Positions 45,717 through 55,674 of a stretch of DNA of 64,000 bases are shown piece after piece. The notes below the pieces were generated by a model. The model made no database searches. It saw nothing but the letters and a program-made list of their open reading frames with translations, and was not told the origin of the DNA. The stretch comes from Candidatus Hermodarchaeota archaeon (GTDB lineage Archaea; Asgardarchaeota; Hermodarchaeia; Hermodarchaeales; Hermodarchaeaceae). The stretch lies in NCBI GenBank assembly GCA_016839805.1, contig JAEOTO010000032.1, positions 96,001-160,000 of the forward strand, in the 5' to 3' direction. Each line of letters starts with the position of its first letter. Position 1 is the stretch's first letter. The translations under genes and the position numbers were made by a program.

Positions 45717-47898
45717 CATCGGATCCTCTTACAAGTTCGAGAATTCGTTGAAAAATCGCCTGCTTTCGATCCTTAGACGAACGATAAAGGCGTTCAACAA
45801 TCAATTCGGGTGTCGATTTTGCTATTTGCCCGAATTTTGGCGACCGATTTACCATTAGATTGAGTTGAGGATCGAGCCCTGTAGCCTCGATACCATCAAC
45901 TCTAATGCGTACTTGAGCGAGTTGAATGATGTCTTCAGCCAGGTGCGAGACGAAGATTACACAAGAGTTTGGATTTTCAGTAAAAAGTTCAAGAACTGCT
46001 GCAACTACTTTTGCAGCAGCACCCGGTTCTGTACTTGCTTCCCATTCATCGAAACAAGCGAGTTTAGATGCATCACTAAGTACTATATTTGCTAGATTAG
46101 TTAATGAGGATTCAAAAGCTCCTGCGGAGAGCATTCCTGTGGCCTTGGCGTAATAATATAACTCATCAAAAATACCCACTTCAGCGTTTTTGGCAGGAAC
46201 CAGAAAGCCCATTTGAGTTAAAATGGCGATCTGTGCTATATTTTGTAGTAAACAACTTTTCCCACCACTATTTGCCCCAGATAATAACGCCACACGCTCG
46301 CCTGCTGTATGTTCTGGCGTCCAGCTATTTTGTCCAATAGTATAGGAAACCGGGACTACTTCCAATTTCTCAGTGTTCGCTTGCTGAGCAAGAAAGATAT
46401 TTCGTCCGTCTTGGAATGCTAACCCGACGCCATTGGCTTTGACTGTAGGAACAGCAAGTTGATACTCTTTTGCAAATTGCCCAATTGCCTGGAATACATC
46501 GAAGTCCAACAAGGTCTGTACTGCATCTTTAATAGGTGACTCATACTGTATGAGTGTCGAGGCAATTTCTGATTTAATTTTATGTTCGCGTGCATGCATG
46601 GCGCGTCGCAGATTATTTTGTAGATTACTTGCATGTTGACGATTTGCCTGAATAGGTAAAACTACGCTTTGAGAGAAAATCCCATCGACCCACTCGAGTT
46701 CGTTACGATTAAGTTTCAGTAAACTAGCCAGATGATCTTCTGCGTCTTGCAAAGCAGACACTAGAATATCGAAGACTTGTGGTGGTAGATATTGGCGAAG
46801 CTGTTCAGCCCCTATTGCTTCTGCGGCTGATGCCTCAAGTATACTAATTATTTGATCGCCTTCAAGTACAACTTGGCTACTGGATACTTCATTACGAATT
46901 TTATCATTGGCCCAGATTTCTGTCTCGCTAAGTATTGTCTCAAACTTTTGAGATGCAAACCGAAGTCGATCATAGTCCCCATCCGCACCGTCGGAGATAT
47001 CCCCTGTATTAGTAATTTTTTCCACGATTTTTGCTAATTCATTTAGTGCTACGAGATCGAGTTTTTCAATGAATCTTTGTAGTGCCGGGGTTGCGGGTAA
47101 TTTCGTTAGTGCATCAGTGGCTGCACAGATGGCTAAAATTGTCTCATAATTTGCGGCGAAGAAGGAAATTATGGATTCGGGAGAAACATCAGCAAGAGTG
47201 AAATCGCTTTTCAGTAAATCTAGGTTGCCAGCGTGTTCTGCGACCCTACTAATCCCGCCCATTTCTAATGCTGCTATTACATAATCATAAGATTTGAGAT
47301 ATTCATCCAATCGCTCGCCTGGTTTTAGTCGGATTAGTCGAGAGGATTTGTTGGCTTTGAATTCTTTCAGTTGGTGATGTGCTTCATCATTATCAGTGAG
47401 TATTACTCTCCAAGTTGCCATGGAGGGTGTTGCTCCGCGACGGAGAGGGCGGGCGTTTGAAAGTAAGTGACCCATTTGTGTTAGTTGTTCTGGGGTACAT
47501 TTCTTCACTAGTTCAGCTGCTTGTTGAAACCAGTTTAGCCGTTGTGTGATTACGTTAATTTTAGAAGAAGGAAGTGGATAATAGAGAGATAACTTATCTT
47601 TGGCAAAGAGGCTATTTGCATAGGATTGGATAATTCCTAACAATCGATAGTAGATCTCTCGGATATCTTCGGTTTTTAGCACTTCAAAGGCACTAATACC
47701 TTCTCGAATTGTATAAGCGTCCTGCACGATATCTAATGCTTTCTTCTTTCCTACACCAGGAATGCTCGCTAACGTTGCTACTTGCGCATTTCGTATTATA
47801 TCTAAAGCAACATCTTCAGTTCCAAATAAGTCAATCAATTTCTGTACTAGTCGTGGTCCGACTCCAGGAATTTGGTCAAGGCGTTCAAGCTCCGGCAA
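45697..47898 (-). CDS. Archaeal MutS-like ATPase with N-terminal helix-hairpin-helix motifs
   Basis: IPGVGP and IPGVGK HhH motifs; SGANSGGKS, AGAFES, DEWEASTEPG, VSHL; no mismatch-recognition domain. Confidence 0.88.
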   Translation of the reverse strand: MPELERLDQIPGVGPRLVQKLIDLFGTEDVALDIIRNAQVATLASIPGVGKKKALDIVQDAYTIREGISAFEVLKTEDIREIYYRLLGIIQSYANSLFAKDKLSLYYPLPSSKINVITQRLNWFQQAAELVKKCTPEQLTQMGHLLSNARPLRRGATPSMATWRVILTDNDEAHHQLKEFKANKSSRLIRLKPGERLDEYLKSYDYVIAALEMGGISRVAEHAGNLDLLKSDFTLADVSPESIISFFAANYETILAICAATDALTKLPATPALQRFIEKLDLVALNELAKIVEKITNTGDISDGADGDYDRLRFASQKFETILSETEIWANDKIRNEVSSSQVVLEGDQIISILEASAAEAIGAEQLRQYLPPQVFDILVSALQDAEDHLASLLKLNRNELEWVDGIFSQSVVLPIQANRQHASNLQNNLRRAMHAREHKIKSEIASTLIQYESPIKDAVQTLLDFDVFQAIGQFAKEYQLAVPTVKANGVGLAFQDGRNIFLAQQANTEKLEVVPVSYTIGQNSWTPEHTAGERVALLSGANSGGKSCLLQNIAQIAILTQMGFLVPAKNAEVGIFDELYYYAKATGMLSAGAFESSLTNLANIVLSDASKLACFDEWEASTEPGAAAKVVAAVLELFTENPNSCVIFVSHLAEDIIQLAQVRIRVDGIEATGLDPQLNLMVNRSPKFGQIAKSTPELIVERLYRSSKDRKQAIFQRILELVRGSDAKRKET

Positions 47899-48033
47899 TC
47901 AGCTTCCTCCCTTTGTTACAAGTGCATCACTAAACGCAGTATTTAATCTTCACTCCCGTCCGTACAACTGTAAAGATGCCTTTATAAGGTAGGATGGAAT
48001 TTGACTGGTTTCACCCTGATATAAAACCAGAGG

Positions 48034-49437
48034 TTGTGCACAGTGATCTCCACGATCCTTTTAGCAATATTCGGACTCATCGCGGCCCTGTTAGTGACAT
48101 TCATTGTGATGCCACATGTTATCAAAACTATGAGGAAACGTCATAGGGTAGGTATTGATGTTCACAAATTGGAGAAACCTGAAGTTGCTGAAATGGGTGG
48201 AGTGGGAATTCTAGTTGGGGTGATTATTGGCTGTCTTGTGTTATTTGTTGGTAGTCTTTTTGCATCAGGTTTCTTCGACTTTCGTATTCTAGTTTTTCTT
48301 GCAGTTATTTTATTAGCTGGGCTGATCGGTACCATAGATGACGTAAAAACGCTAGGACCCAAGGTTAAACCAGTACTTACGGCGATTGCTTGCCTTCCTA
48401 TTCTTTTATACAGTTGGGGTCTTGTCCTTCTAGGAGCGACCCCACACCTATCTACCGCGTACAATCCTCGCCCACATTTACCGTTTCTAGGTCAAACGCA
48501 GTTAAGTATCGTTTACCCTCTTTTGATTCCATTCGCAATTGCCATACCTGCCAATGCTGTTAATATGATTGATATCTTCAATGGTGTTATGCCCCTAACA
48601 TCGATTTTGATGTTTGTGGCACTCCTTTTTGTGTCGCTCTATTTGATGGCAATTGGTATTCCTGGAGCTGAGCTTGGAGTATTGTTTTCATGTGTAATGA
48701 TCGGTGTACTGATTGCGTATTACTATTTCAACAGGTATCCTGCAAAGACCTTTGCCGGCGATACGGGGTCACTTATTGTTGGGGCAGCTTTGGGTGCTAC
48801 TGCCGTTATGGGCAGAGTTGAAATTGTAGCAATTATTGCACTTTTACCTGCCATAATGAATGCCTTTTACAGTTTGGTGAGTATTGGTGGGTTGTTAGAA
48901 CGGCGTCAAATGAGAGAGCGACCTACTGTCTTCCAGTCTGATGGTACTCTTGCTGATTCCAAAAATTCTGAAGCGCCTTTTACATTGACGCGTCTAATTT
49001 TAGCAAGAGGACCATTAACTGAACAACGCATCATTCTATCACTGGCTACGCTTACTTTAGCAAGCAGTGTTCTTGCCATTTTGACCGTTTTTCTAATCCC
49101 CTTTAATTCAGTCTATGTTCTAGTCTGGCCGCTGAATCTCAGTTTTGTGATTGTACCCATTTGCCTCATTTTTGGTGTGTATTTCGCTCTAAGAAAGAAG
49201 GACCATATGGGTTTACGGATTTCAGGTTTAATCTCAATTATGGTGGGAGTGTGGGCTCTTGGAATGGCTGGATTTGCCTTGTTAGATTATTTGATCGTGG
49301 TTATCCAAAGCGAACTTTGGCCAATTGCAGGTATTTTATTCGTGTTTAGTTGGCTCGCTTTGTGGCACTTTTCAACACGGTTATACTACCGCTATGAAGT
49401 TAGGAATTCGAAAACTGTTTACCAGACTACATCTTAG
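48034..49437 (+). CDS. aglH: Polyprenyl-phosphate GlcNAc-1-phosphate transferase (AglH/DPAGT1 family)
   Basis: GIDVHK...VAEMGG, G.IDD, NAVNMID.FNG, FNRYPAKTFAGDTG. Confidence 0.85.
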   Translation: MCTVISTILLAIFGLIAALLVTFIVMPHVIKTMRKRHRVGIDVHKLEKPEVAEMGGVGILVGVIIGCLVLFVGSLFASGFFDFRILVFLAVILLAGLIGTIDDVKTLGPKVKPVLTAIACLPILLYSWGLVLLGATPHLSTAYNPRPHLPFLGQTQLSIVYPLLIPFAIAIPANAVNMIDIFNGVMPLTSILMFVALLFVSLYLMAIGIPGAELGVLFSCVMIGVLIAYYYFNRYPAKTFAGDTGSLIVGAALGATAVMGRVEIVAIIALLPAIMNAFYSLVSIGGLLERRQMRERPTVFQSDGTLADSKNSEAPFTLTRLILARGPLTEQRIILSLATLTLASSVLAILTVFLIPFNSVYVLVWPLNLSFVIVPICLIFGVYFALRKKDHMGLRISGLISIMVGVWALGMAGFALLDYLIVVIQSELWPIAGILFVFSWLALWHFSTRLYYRYEVRNSKTVYQTTS

Positions 49438-50248
49438 GTTTTCCCTTTTGCCAACGATATTCAAAACTTTGTTGAAAGATTGCAACAATGCCTTCATTAG
49501 CTGAATAGCTCGGACGATATACATACCGTGGATGCCTCCGATTCCCTGCGGGTGAGGCCCAAATAAGAAACACGACTTTGGAAGAGTCGGCAAGTGTGCC
49601 CCTCACTGGAAAACGCAAATCGGAAGGCTGTCGAACACTAACTCCCATTGTATTAAGTTTCTTAATTAGAGATTGAGTTTCCGGATGTTGCATATTCATT
49701 AGAACTCGAATTGTGACACCGCGCTTTAGGGCTTTTGTCAGATCTTTTTCAACATCATCGAACCAACTGAATATATCCGTAAAAATATCGATCGTTTTCT
49801 CTGCCTCTGTTAGTAATTGCTTTGTTCGTTTTTCCGTCTGAGCTAAATTTTCTAGAGACTCTAAGAGATCTTCAGGGCGAATTCGAAGGCGTTGGCGCCA
49901 AAAGATCGGAGATAGGACTTCTTTGACTTCTTGACTGGTATTTTCAAGTTGATGTAAGGATTCCTCAGCTGCTTGTTTTCGTAACTTTATAAGATTCTGA
50001 AAGCCTTCCTGGGGACTAATAATTTCAAATTTTTTGGGGCGTCCTTTAAGAATGACAATAAGCCCCAAATTGTTGAGGCTTTCTAGAACACCATAGACAC
50101 GAGGGATTGGAATGTTAGCTTTCCGAGCAATTTCTTCTGCACTCATTTGCGATCCTTGCACAAGCACAAGATATGCTTGTGTTTCGTATTCGGTGAGTCC
50201 CAGTTGTCGCAGTTTTTCGGCTGGTTCTATCGTTGACATGATTACCAT
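49427..50248 (-). CDS. TrmB-family transcriptional regulator
   Basis: LGLTEYETQAY, IPIPRVYGVL, GRPKKF. Confidence 0.9.
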   Translation of the reverse strand: MVIMSTIEPAEKLRQLGLTEYETQAYLVLVQGSQMSAEEIARKANIPIPRVYGVLESLNNLGLIVILKGRPKKFEIISPQEGFQNLIKLRKQAAEESLHQLENTSQEVKEVLSPIFWRQRLRIRPEDLLESLENLAQTEKRTKQLLTEAEKTIDIFTDIFSWFDDVEKDLTKALKRGVTIRVLMNMQHPETQSLIKKLNTMGVSVRQPSDLRFPVRGTLADSSKVVFLIWASPAGNRRHPRYVYRPSYSANEGIVAIFQQSFEYRWQKGKPKM

Positions 50249-50356
50249 ATTGCATGTTGAATTTCCCCTAAATTATCGTTTCGAATAAACTGGTTTAAAC
50301 GTAACATCGGTAACTTTTTAGGTCAAAGTTGGTTTTTCTAGTCGTAGGTCTCTCTC

Positions 50357-51319
50357 ATGGAAAAAATTGGAATTGGCGTTATCGGAGTTGGTGCATGGGG
50401 AAAAAACCATGCCCGCGTATTTTCTGAGTTAGAGGAAGCAAACCTAATCGCCATTGCGGACCGAGACTTGGATCGAGTGAAAACATTTGCGAAAAAGTAC
50501 AACACAACTCCCTGTAAAAGCGTCGATGAACTCTTACGTCGCGAGGATATTGATGCTGTCACCATCTGTACACCAACTGTGACTCATGCAGATTTAGCCT
50601 TAGAAGCAATTGATTCGGGTAAGCATTTGTTGTTGGAGAAGCCCATGACCGATACGGTTCAGCAAGCTCAACGAGTAGTAGACGCGGCAAAATCAGCCGA
50701 TTCGGTACTCATGGTAGGATTTGTCGAACGATTCAATCCATCTGTTCAAACTGCAGCTGAGGTTATTGATGATGGAAAAATTGGTGAGTTAGTACTCGGT
50801 TCCGCTCGAAGACTTGGACCATTTGTACCAGGTCGAGTAGCAGACATAGGTATTATCAAGGATTTAGCGATTCATGACATCGATATTGCACGCTTTCTGG
50901 TAAAACAGGAAGTAACTTCTGTATATGCAATAGCAGGGAAGCTATACCACAAATATGAGGACCATGCGAATTTGGTAATTCGATTTGATGAAAAACCAAC
51001 GTTTTTTGTGGAATCTAATTGGTTGACACCACATAAACTTCGAGGGCTGAATGTTACAGGCTCACAAGGTGTTCTTTCCTTAGACTATATTTCTCAAGCA
51101 GTAACGCTTGGGACAAGCCAGTGGGAGCAAAAATCCACAACACAGTGGGATGAACCTTTGAAACGTGAACTAGTTCATTTTGTCGAAAGTGTCCGAGAAA
51201 GAAACCCGCCCAAAACTTCCGGTCAGGATGGCCTTGAAGCATTACGAATTGCTGAAGCCGCCTTAGAAAGCGCCCGTACCAAACGCATAATTTACCTTGA
51301 GGAGTATCGTTCTAGTTGA
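50357..51319 (+). CDS. Gfo/Idh/MocA oxidoreductase (UDP-HexNAc 3-dehydrogenase-like)
   Basis: GVGAWGKNH, EKP, ERFNP, DLAIHDID, NWLTP.K.R. Confidence 0.85.
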   Translation: MEKIGIGVIGVGAWGKNHARVFSELEEANLIAIADRDLDRVKTFAKKYNTTPCKSVDELLRREDIDAVTICTPTVTHADLALEAIDSGKHLLLEKPMTDTVQQAQRVVDAAKSADSVLMVGFVERFNPSVQTAAEVIDDGKIGELVLGSARRLGPFVPGRVADIGIIKDLAIHDIDIARFLVKQEVTSVYAIAGKLYHKYEDHANLVIRFDEKPTFFVESNWLTPHKLRGLNVTGSQGVLSLDYISQAVTLGTSQWEQKSTTQWDEPLKRELVHFVESVRERNPPKTSGQDGLEALRIAEAALESARTKRIIYLEEYRSS

Positions 51320-52089
51320 AAATGAAGCTGAATGTTCATCCTAGCGCCGTGATAGAAGGAAAAGTTAAACTAGAAACCGGGTGTGTTGTCGAGCCCTTTG
51401 TATTCTGTAGAGGTAACATTAGGGCAGGAAAAAAGTGTTACTTCAGTACGGGTGCAAACATTCAGGGATTAGTGGAGATTGGATCCCATGTCTTTTTGGG
51501 AGAAAGGGTCACAATTGGCTTTCCAAGTCAACCCCAGATTATCGAGTTCCAAGGAGAAAAAGGGGAACCGCCTTGGCAATCCTCTAATCCCACTAAAATC
51601 GGTGACAATTGTATTATCAGAAGCGGATCGGTGATTTATGCTTCTTCACAACTGGGTAACAATGTTCGCTTAGGACACAATGTCTTGATACGTGAAGAAG
51701 TGAAAATTGGTCATGACTCTCTTGTGGGGACAGGTGTTGTCATTGATGGAAAATCTTCTATTGGAAAGAACGTGTCGATTCAAACGAGTGTGTATATTCC
51801 ATGGAATACCTTGATTGAAGATCATGTGTTCTTAGGACCAAAATGTATACTTACCAACGATAAATACGTCATGAGAACTGATTATGAACTTAGGGGTCCA
51901 ATTATTCGAAAAGGAGTTAGTGTGGGAGCAGGGGCAGTAATTCTACCATCAATTGAAATTGGGGCCGAATCGGTTATTGGTGCAGGAGCAGTTGTGACCA
52001 AAGACGTACCTCCTAAGACTATTGTCTATGGTGTTCCTGCACGAGCACATGGTACTGTCCCGAGTAATTGGAAAGTTCCTATGAAATAG
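51316..52089 (+). CDS. Hexapeptide-repeat sugar N-acetyltransferase (WbpD-like)
   Basis: Left-handed beta-helix repeats, TNDKY, IGAGAVVTKDVP...VYGVPAR. Confidence 0.85.
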   Translation: MKMKLNVHPSAVIEGKVKLETGCVVEPFVFCRGNIRAGKKCYFSTGANIQGLVEIGSHVFLGERVTIGFPSQPQIIEFQGEKGEPPWQSSNPTKIGDNCIIRSGSVIYASSQLGNNVRLGHNVLIREEVKIGHDSLVGTGVVIDGKSSIGKNVSIQTSVYIPWNTLIEDHVFLGPKCILTNDKYVMRTDYELRGPIIRKGVSVGAGAVILPSIEIGAESVIGAGAVVTKDVPPKTIVYGVPARAHGTVPSNWKVPMK

Positions 52090-52235
52090 GAGTATCTTCT
52101 CAATTATTGGAAGAGAACCTCTTGTTATTAGACAGAAGATACTAACCTGAAAGGGCGATAAGGTTTTTTGGTTGTTGCTAAGAGAATGCTTAAATACGTG
52201 AAAAGAATCGACAAATCGAAACTCCGTATCGGTGT

Positions 52236-53966
52236 GTGTCTGTGAAAACTAGAGTCTTACTCTTACTCATTCTTGTATGCTTACCTATGGCATTCGCAAT
52301 CATACCACCTACGAAAGCAGATTCCCCCCAACTAATAATCACTGATATTCAACGAACCGCCTGGATCCAGGAATATGGAATGCTGTTGATAACAGATAAC
52401 ATCACGGTTTTCAACCCTAGTCCTGAACCGGCATTCTATGTTTACACTGCATATCCACTGGCTGAAATTTCTAAGGTGATGACTTTTCGTTCACGAACTG
52501 TAAATGGGACTGACCTGTTTTCACAAAGAATACCATCAATTGGACCAAACTGCACAGGATGGAAGGTCTTTCTGCCTGAACCAATAATGGCAGAGAAGTC
52601 TGTTACTTTCACGGCACAAATGTCACTTGAAGGAGCAATTCGACAGGATAACATTAACCCGACTGTGAATTTTTCGTCAGTTCCGACTAGTCCTTATTTT
52701 ATCCAGAGCTATACTACCCAGTTGACCTACGATGAAGATTTACTAACATTGCCATCACAGACCACATGGACGGGAATTGACGTCCATCCATACTCCTTTT
52801 CTGAAATTTCCGCTAATCTTGAATACGTAGCCAATACGTTTCGACCCATAATTACGTATCTAGAACTTAGACGAGTGTTGTACATTGATGAATGGGGCTA
52901 TTTGTTTGCCCACGAAGAACACACATTCAGACTTGATAGTCCAAACCCAAGATTTACTGAAAACCTTGCTCAAAATTGGAATTCAATCACATTGACACTG
53001 CCCAGAGGAAGTGAATTTATTCGCGCCTTTGAAGGTGTTGCAAATCTATCAAGCCAAATAGTTGTTCCCCCCACTATTACGGATTCTGGATTAATTAATG
53101 TCGGATTCCAGTATCGTATTAAAGAAGGAGATGTTTACCAATTCTTCCTTCAATACCGGATGCCCCTTGATAATTACCAACAAATTTTACAAACGGGCCA
53201 GTTCCTTGTCTTTAATCCCTATTATGAAGAGCCCTTCCTCATTCGTTCGCAAATCACTGAGTTCCTTTTACCAATAGGAACGTGGTTACAAGGAATTCCG
53301 GTTGGAGCTGAAACAACAATTACTCCTACTGGACAGTATTTAGTTAGATTCCTAGACGCTAATGTAACTTCATTAAGTCAAGGAGAAATTAGTCTTTACT
53401 ACGTCTATTCCATTCAACCTGCGCTTGTTCGCCCTATGCTATTATTCATTATCTTTAGCGCCATCTGTCTGGCTTATGTTGCCGCTCGTCGTATACCCTT
53501 CTTCCGCGAAGAGGAGGAAATCATTGCTCCCGTGCCCGAGGTAGATCCAGCGATTCTTAGTGAATTTTGTGCCTTATATGGCGAAAAAATCGCATTATTA
53601 TTGCAAACAGAACGGCTTGAACAATCCATGCTTCAGGGTAAAATTTCAAAGCCTAGATATCGTAAAGAAAAGAAAAACTTTGAACGGAAATCCCGTGCTC
53701 TTGAGCGGGATTTAGAAAACCGAACCCAACCGCTAATTGAGGCAGGAGGAAAATACGAGTCTAGCTGTCGTCAACTCGAAATCTTAGAAGCCGAAAGGGT
53801 CAGCGCGATCGAAGCTTTACATGCTCTTGAACAACGCTATCGACAGAAACGGATAACCGCCTCAGTATACCAGAAATTACGAAAGGATATCCAAAAACGA
53901 CGGGATAAAGCTGTCTCACGAATGGATCGCATCCTTCTTACTTTACGCGAAGAACTCATTGAGTAG
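52236..53966 (+). CDS. Ribophorin I (OST1/RPN1)-like protein
   Basis: Signal peptide; two beta-rich lumenal repeats (IQRTAWIQEYG and LRRVLYIDEWG, similar to RPN1 R.IevShWG); single TM after RP; cytosolic helical bundle. Confidence 0.75.
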   Translation: MSVKTRVLLLLILVCLPMAFAIIPPTKADSPQLIITDIQRTAWIQEYGMLLITDNITVFNPSPEPAFYVYTAYPLAEISKVMTFRSRTVNGTDLFSQRIPSIGPNCTGWKVFLPEPIMAEKSVTFTAQMSLEGAIRQDNINPTVNFSSVPTSPYFIQSYTTQLTYDEDLLTLPSQTTWTGIDVHPYSFSEISANLEYVANTFRPIITYLELRRVLYIDEWGYLFAHEEHTFRLDSPNPRFTENLAQNWNSITLTLPRGSEFIRAFEGVANLSSQIVVPPTITDSGLINVGFQYRIKEGDVYQFFLQYRMPLDNYQQILQTGQFLVFNPYYEEPFLIRSQITEFLLPIGTWLQGIPVGAETTITPTGQYLVRFLDANVTSLSQGEISLYYVYSIQPALVRPMLLFIIFSAICLAYVAARRIPFFREEEEIIAPVPEVDPAILSEFCALYGEKIALLLQTERLEQSMLQGKISKPRYRKEKKNFERKSRALERDLENRTQPLIEAGGKYESSCRQLEILEAERVSAIEALHALEQRYRQKRITASVYQKLRKDIQKRRDKAVSRMDRILLTLREELIE

Positions 53967-54033
53967 CTAGTTTCCTCCACTGCCGAAACAATGAAAAACC
54001 CCAAACGAAAAGGATTCGATTTAGAGCTAGTCT

Positions 54034-54170
54034 AGCCCGGTAGTGTAGAACCCTTAAAGATTAGAACCTTTGAGGTGCACTATGGTCAATCATCCGGGGC
54101 TTTGGAACTGTGAATTCAATGGCAGTGAAGTTACCCCGGGACCGCGGTTCGAATCCGCGCCGGGCTACCA
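54034..54170 (+). tRNA. tRNA-Gln(UUG) with two introns (15/16, 34 nt at 54049-54082; 37/38, 27 nt at 54106-54132)
   Basis: 76-nt spliced cloverleaf AGCCCGG...CCGGGCT-A-CCA with A1-U72; BHB helices GTGT/GCAC and CTTT/GAAG. Confidence 0.92.
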
Positions 54171-54176
54171 CTCTTA

Positions 54177-55010
54177 TTATTTTGTATTTAGACGGGGATG
54201 CCAATGGGATGCCTTGACTTTGTGGGTTTGAGAATCCCATTCCGTGAGTATGTTCACAGCTTCACAGGCTGTTTGACTAGCTTCTTTTTCACCGTGCGTA
54301 GCGAATTCCTCAGTTTCACGATTTGCAAACACAGCACAGACAGCGCCACTCCGTAATCCAAAGAGATTTGATAACGTAAAAATTGTTGAACATTCCATCT
54401 CAAAGTTGAGAACGCCAGCGGCTTTTAGATCTGGTATGATGTCTTGCATATAGGACTGCCAATAACCACCGAACCCAGGACGGCCCTGTCCGGTAAAAAA
54501 GCTATCTGTACTACACGTGATACCCACATGATAACGATATCCGAAACTTTCTGCGGCTTCGATTAGTGCTAAGACTACTTGGTGGTGTGCAAAAGCTGGA
54601 AACCGTGGAGTGATATACTGTGTACTGGTTCCCTCGTTGCGAATGGCACCGGTTGTGATTACCAAATCACCAACACTAATGTCTTTACGGATTGCTCCGG
54701 AACTACCTACTCGGATAAGCGTTTTGGCACCAATCGTTGCCAGTTCTTCAATGGCAATTGCCGTTGCAGGACAACCAATTCCTGTTGATGTGGTGGATAT
54801 GGGAACAGTCTTGTATTTACCAGTATAGGTTACATAGCTTCGTTTACTCGCTATTTTCCTAGCTGAATCCCATAGTCCAGATATTAGTTTAGCACGATCC
54901 GGATCACCTGGCAAAAGCACGAAAGAGGCGATATCACCTAGTTTTAGTCCAACATGATATTGTATTTTTTCCGAGTTTTGGGGTCGACTTGCGGATTCCC
55001 ATTTTTTCAT
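54177..55010 (-). CDS. udp: Uridine phosphorylase
   Basis: QYHV, LPGDPDRA, STGIGCP, IRVGSSG, FFTGQGR, NFEME. Confidence 0.9.
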   Translation of the reverse strand: MKKWESASRPQNSEKIQYHVGLKLGDIASFVLLPGDPDRAKLISGLWDSARKIASKRSYVTYTGKYKTVPISTTSTGIGCPATAIAIEELATIGAKTLIRVGSSGAIRKDISVGDLVITTGAIRNEGTSTQYITPRFPAFAHHQVVLALIEAAESFGYRYHVGITCSTDSFFTGQGRPGFGGYWQSYMQDIIPDLKAAGVLNFEMECSTIFTLSNLFGLRSGAVCAVFANRETEEFATHGEKEASQTACEAVNILTEWDSQTHKVKASHWHPRLNTK

Positions 55011-55037
55011 CCCTCCACCTCCTTGGAGGGTTTTATT

Positions 55038-55643
55038 CTAACGTGTTCCTCGTCTATAACTGGGGCGTACTTTTCGCGTGGTTTTTTCTTCGCGTTCTTC
55101 AATCACACCTTTCTCGGTTAGATAGTCAATTGCTTTATCTACTTCATCACGGCTGATTTGAAGTGAATTTGCGATTTCTCCACGGGATTGCTCCTGGTTA
55201 TATGACTCAGTAATTTCATTTAGTAGTTTCTTACCGATGTATACATGTTTGCCCTGCGAGACGATTAGCAACCCCTGAAATCGCGATACTTTTGAAGAGG
55301 TCATTCGATTAAGTTCGAGTTCGATTTTGGTAGGAGTTTCATCTAATTTTTGGGCTAAATCAATTAGAGTAATTCTCTCCGCTTCTTCTAATTCCTGTTT
55401 TAGATTCTGGACAAAGGTCCTTCGACGATAGAATAATGCAAATCCGATAATTGATATAAGTGATATTAGAAGTATGACTATTCCCCAACTCATGATAGGA
55501 TTGAACAAAAATATATTCGATATCGCAGTGAACAATGCAGTGATATTCTGTGATTGAAAAAGTAGGACATCGATCACAATTAGGACAATAGCTATCCCGA
55601 AAAGAGTGAGAAGTATTTTCGAAAGTGCTGACTTAAGTGGCAT
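55038..55643 (-). CDS. Membrane-anchored tandem winged-helix (PCI/DDRGK-like) protein
   Basis: Two N-terminal TMs; ITLIDLAQKL...GKHVYI; second HTH EIANSLQISRDEV..AIDYL..KGVI. Confidence 0.6.
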   Translation of the reverse strand: MPLKSALSKILLTLFGIAIVLIVIDVLLFQSQNITALFTAISNIFLFNPIMSWGIVILLISLISIIGFALFYRRRTFVQNLKQELEEAERITLIDLAQKLDETPTKIELELNRMTSSKVSRFQGLLIVSQGKHVYIGKKLLNEITESYNQEQSRGEIANSLQISRDEVDKAIDYLTEKGVIEEREEKTTRKVRPSYRRGTR

Positions 55644-55674
55644 ATTCGTACCTCAAATCAAGAAACTGATTGGG

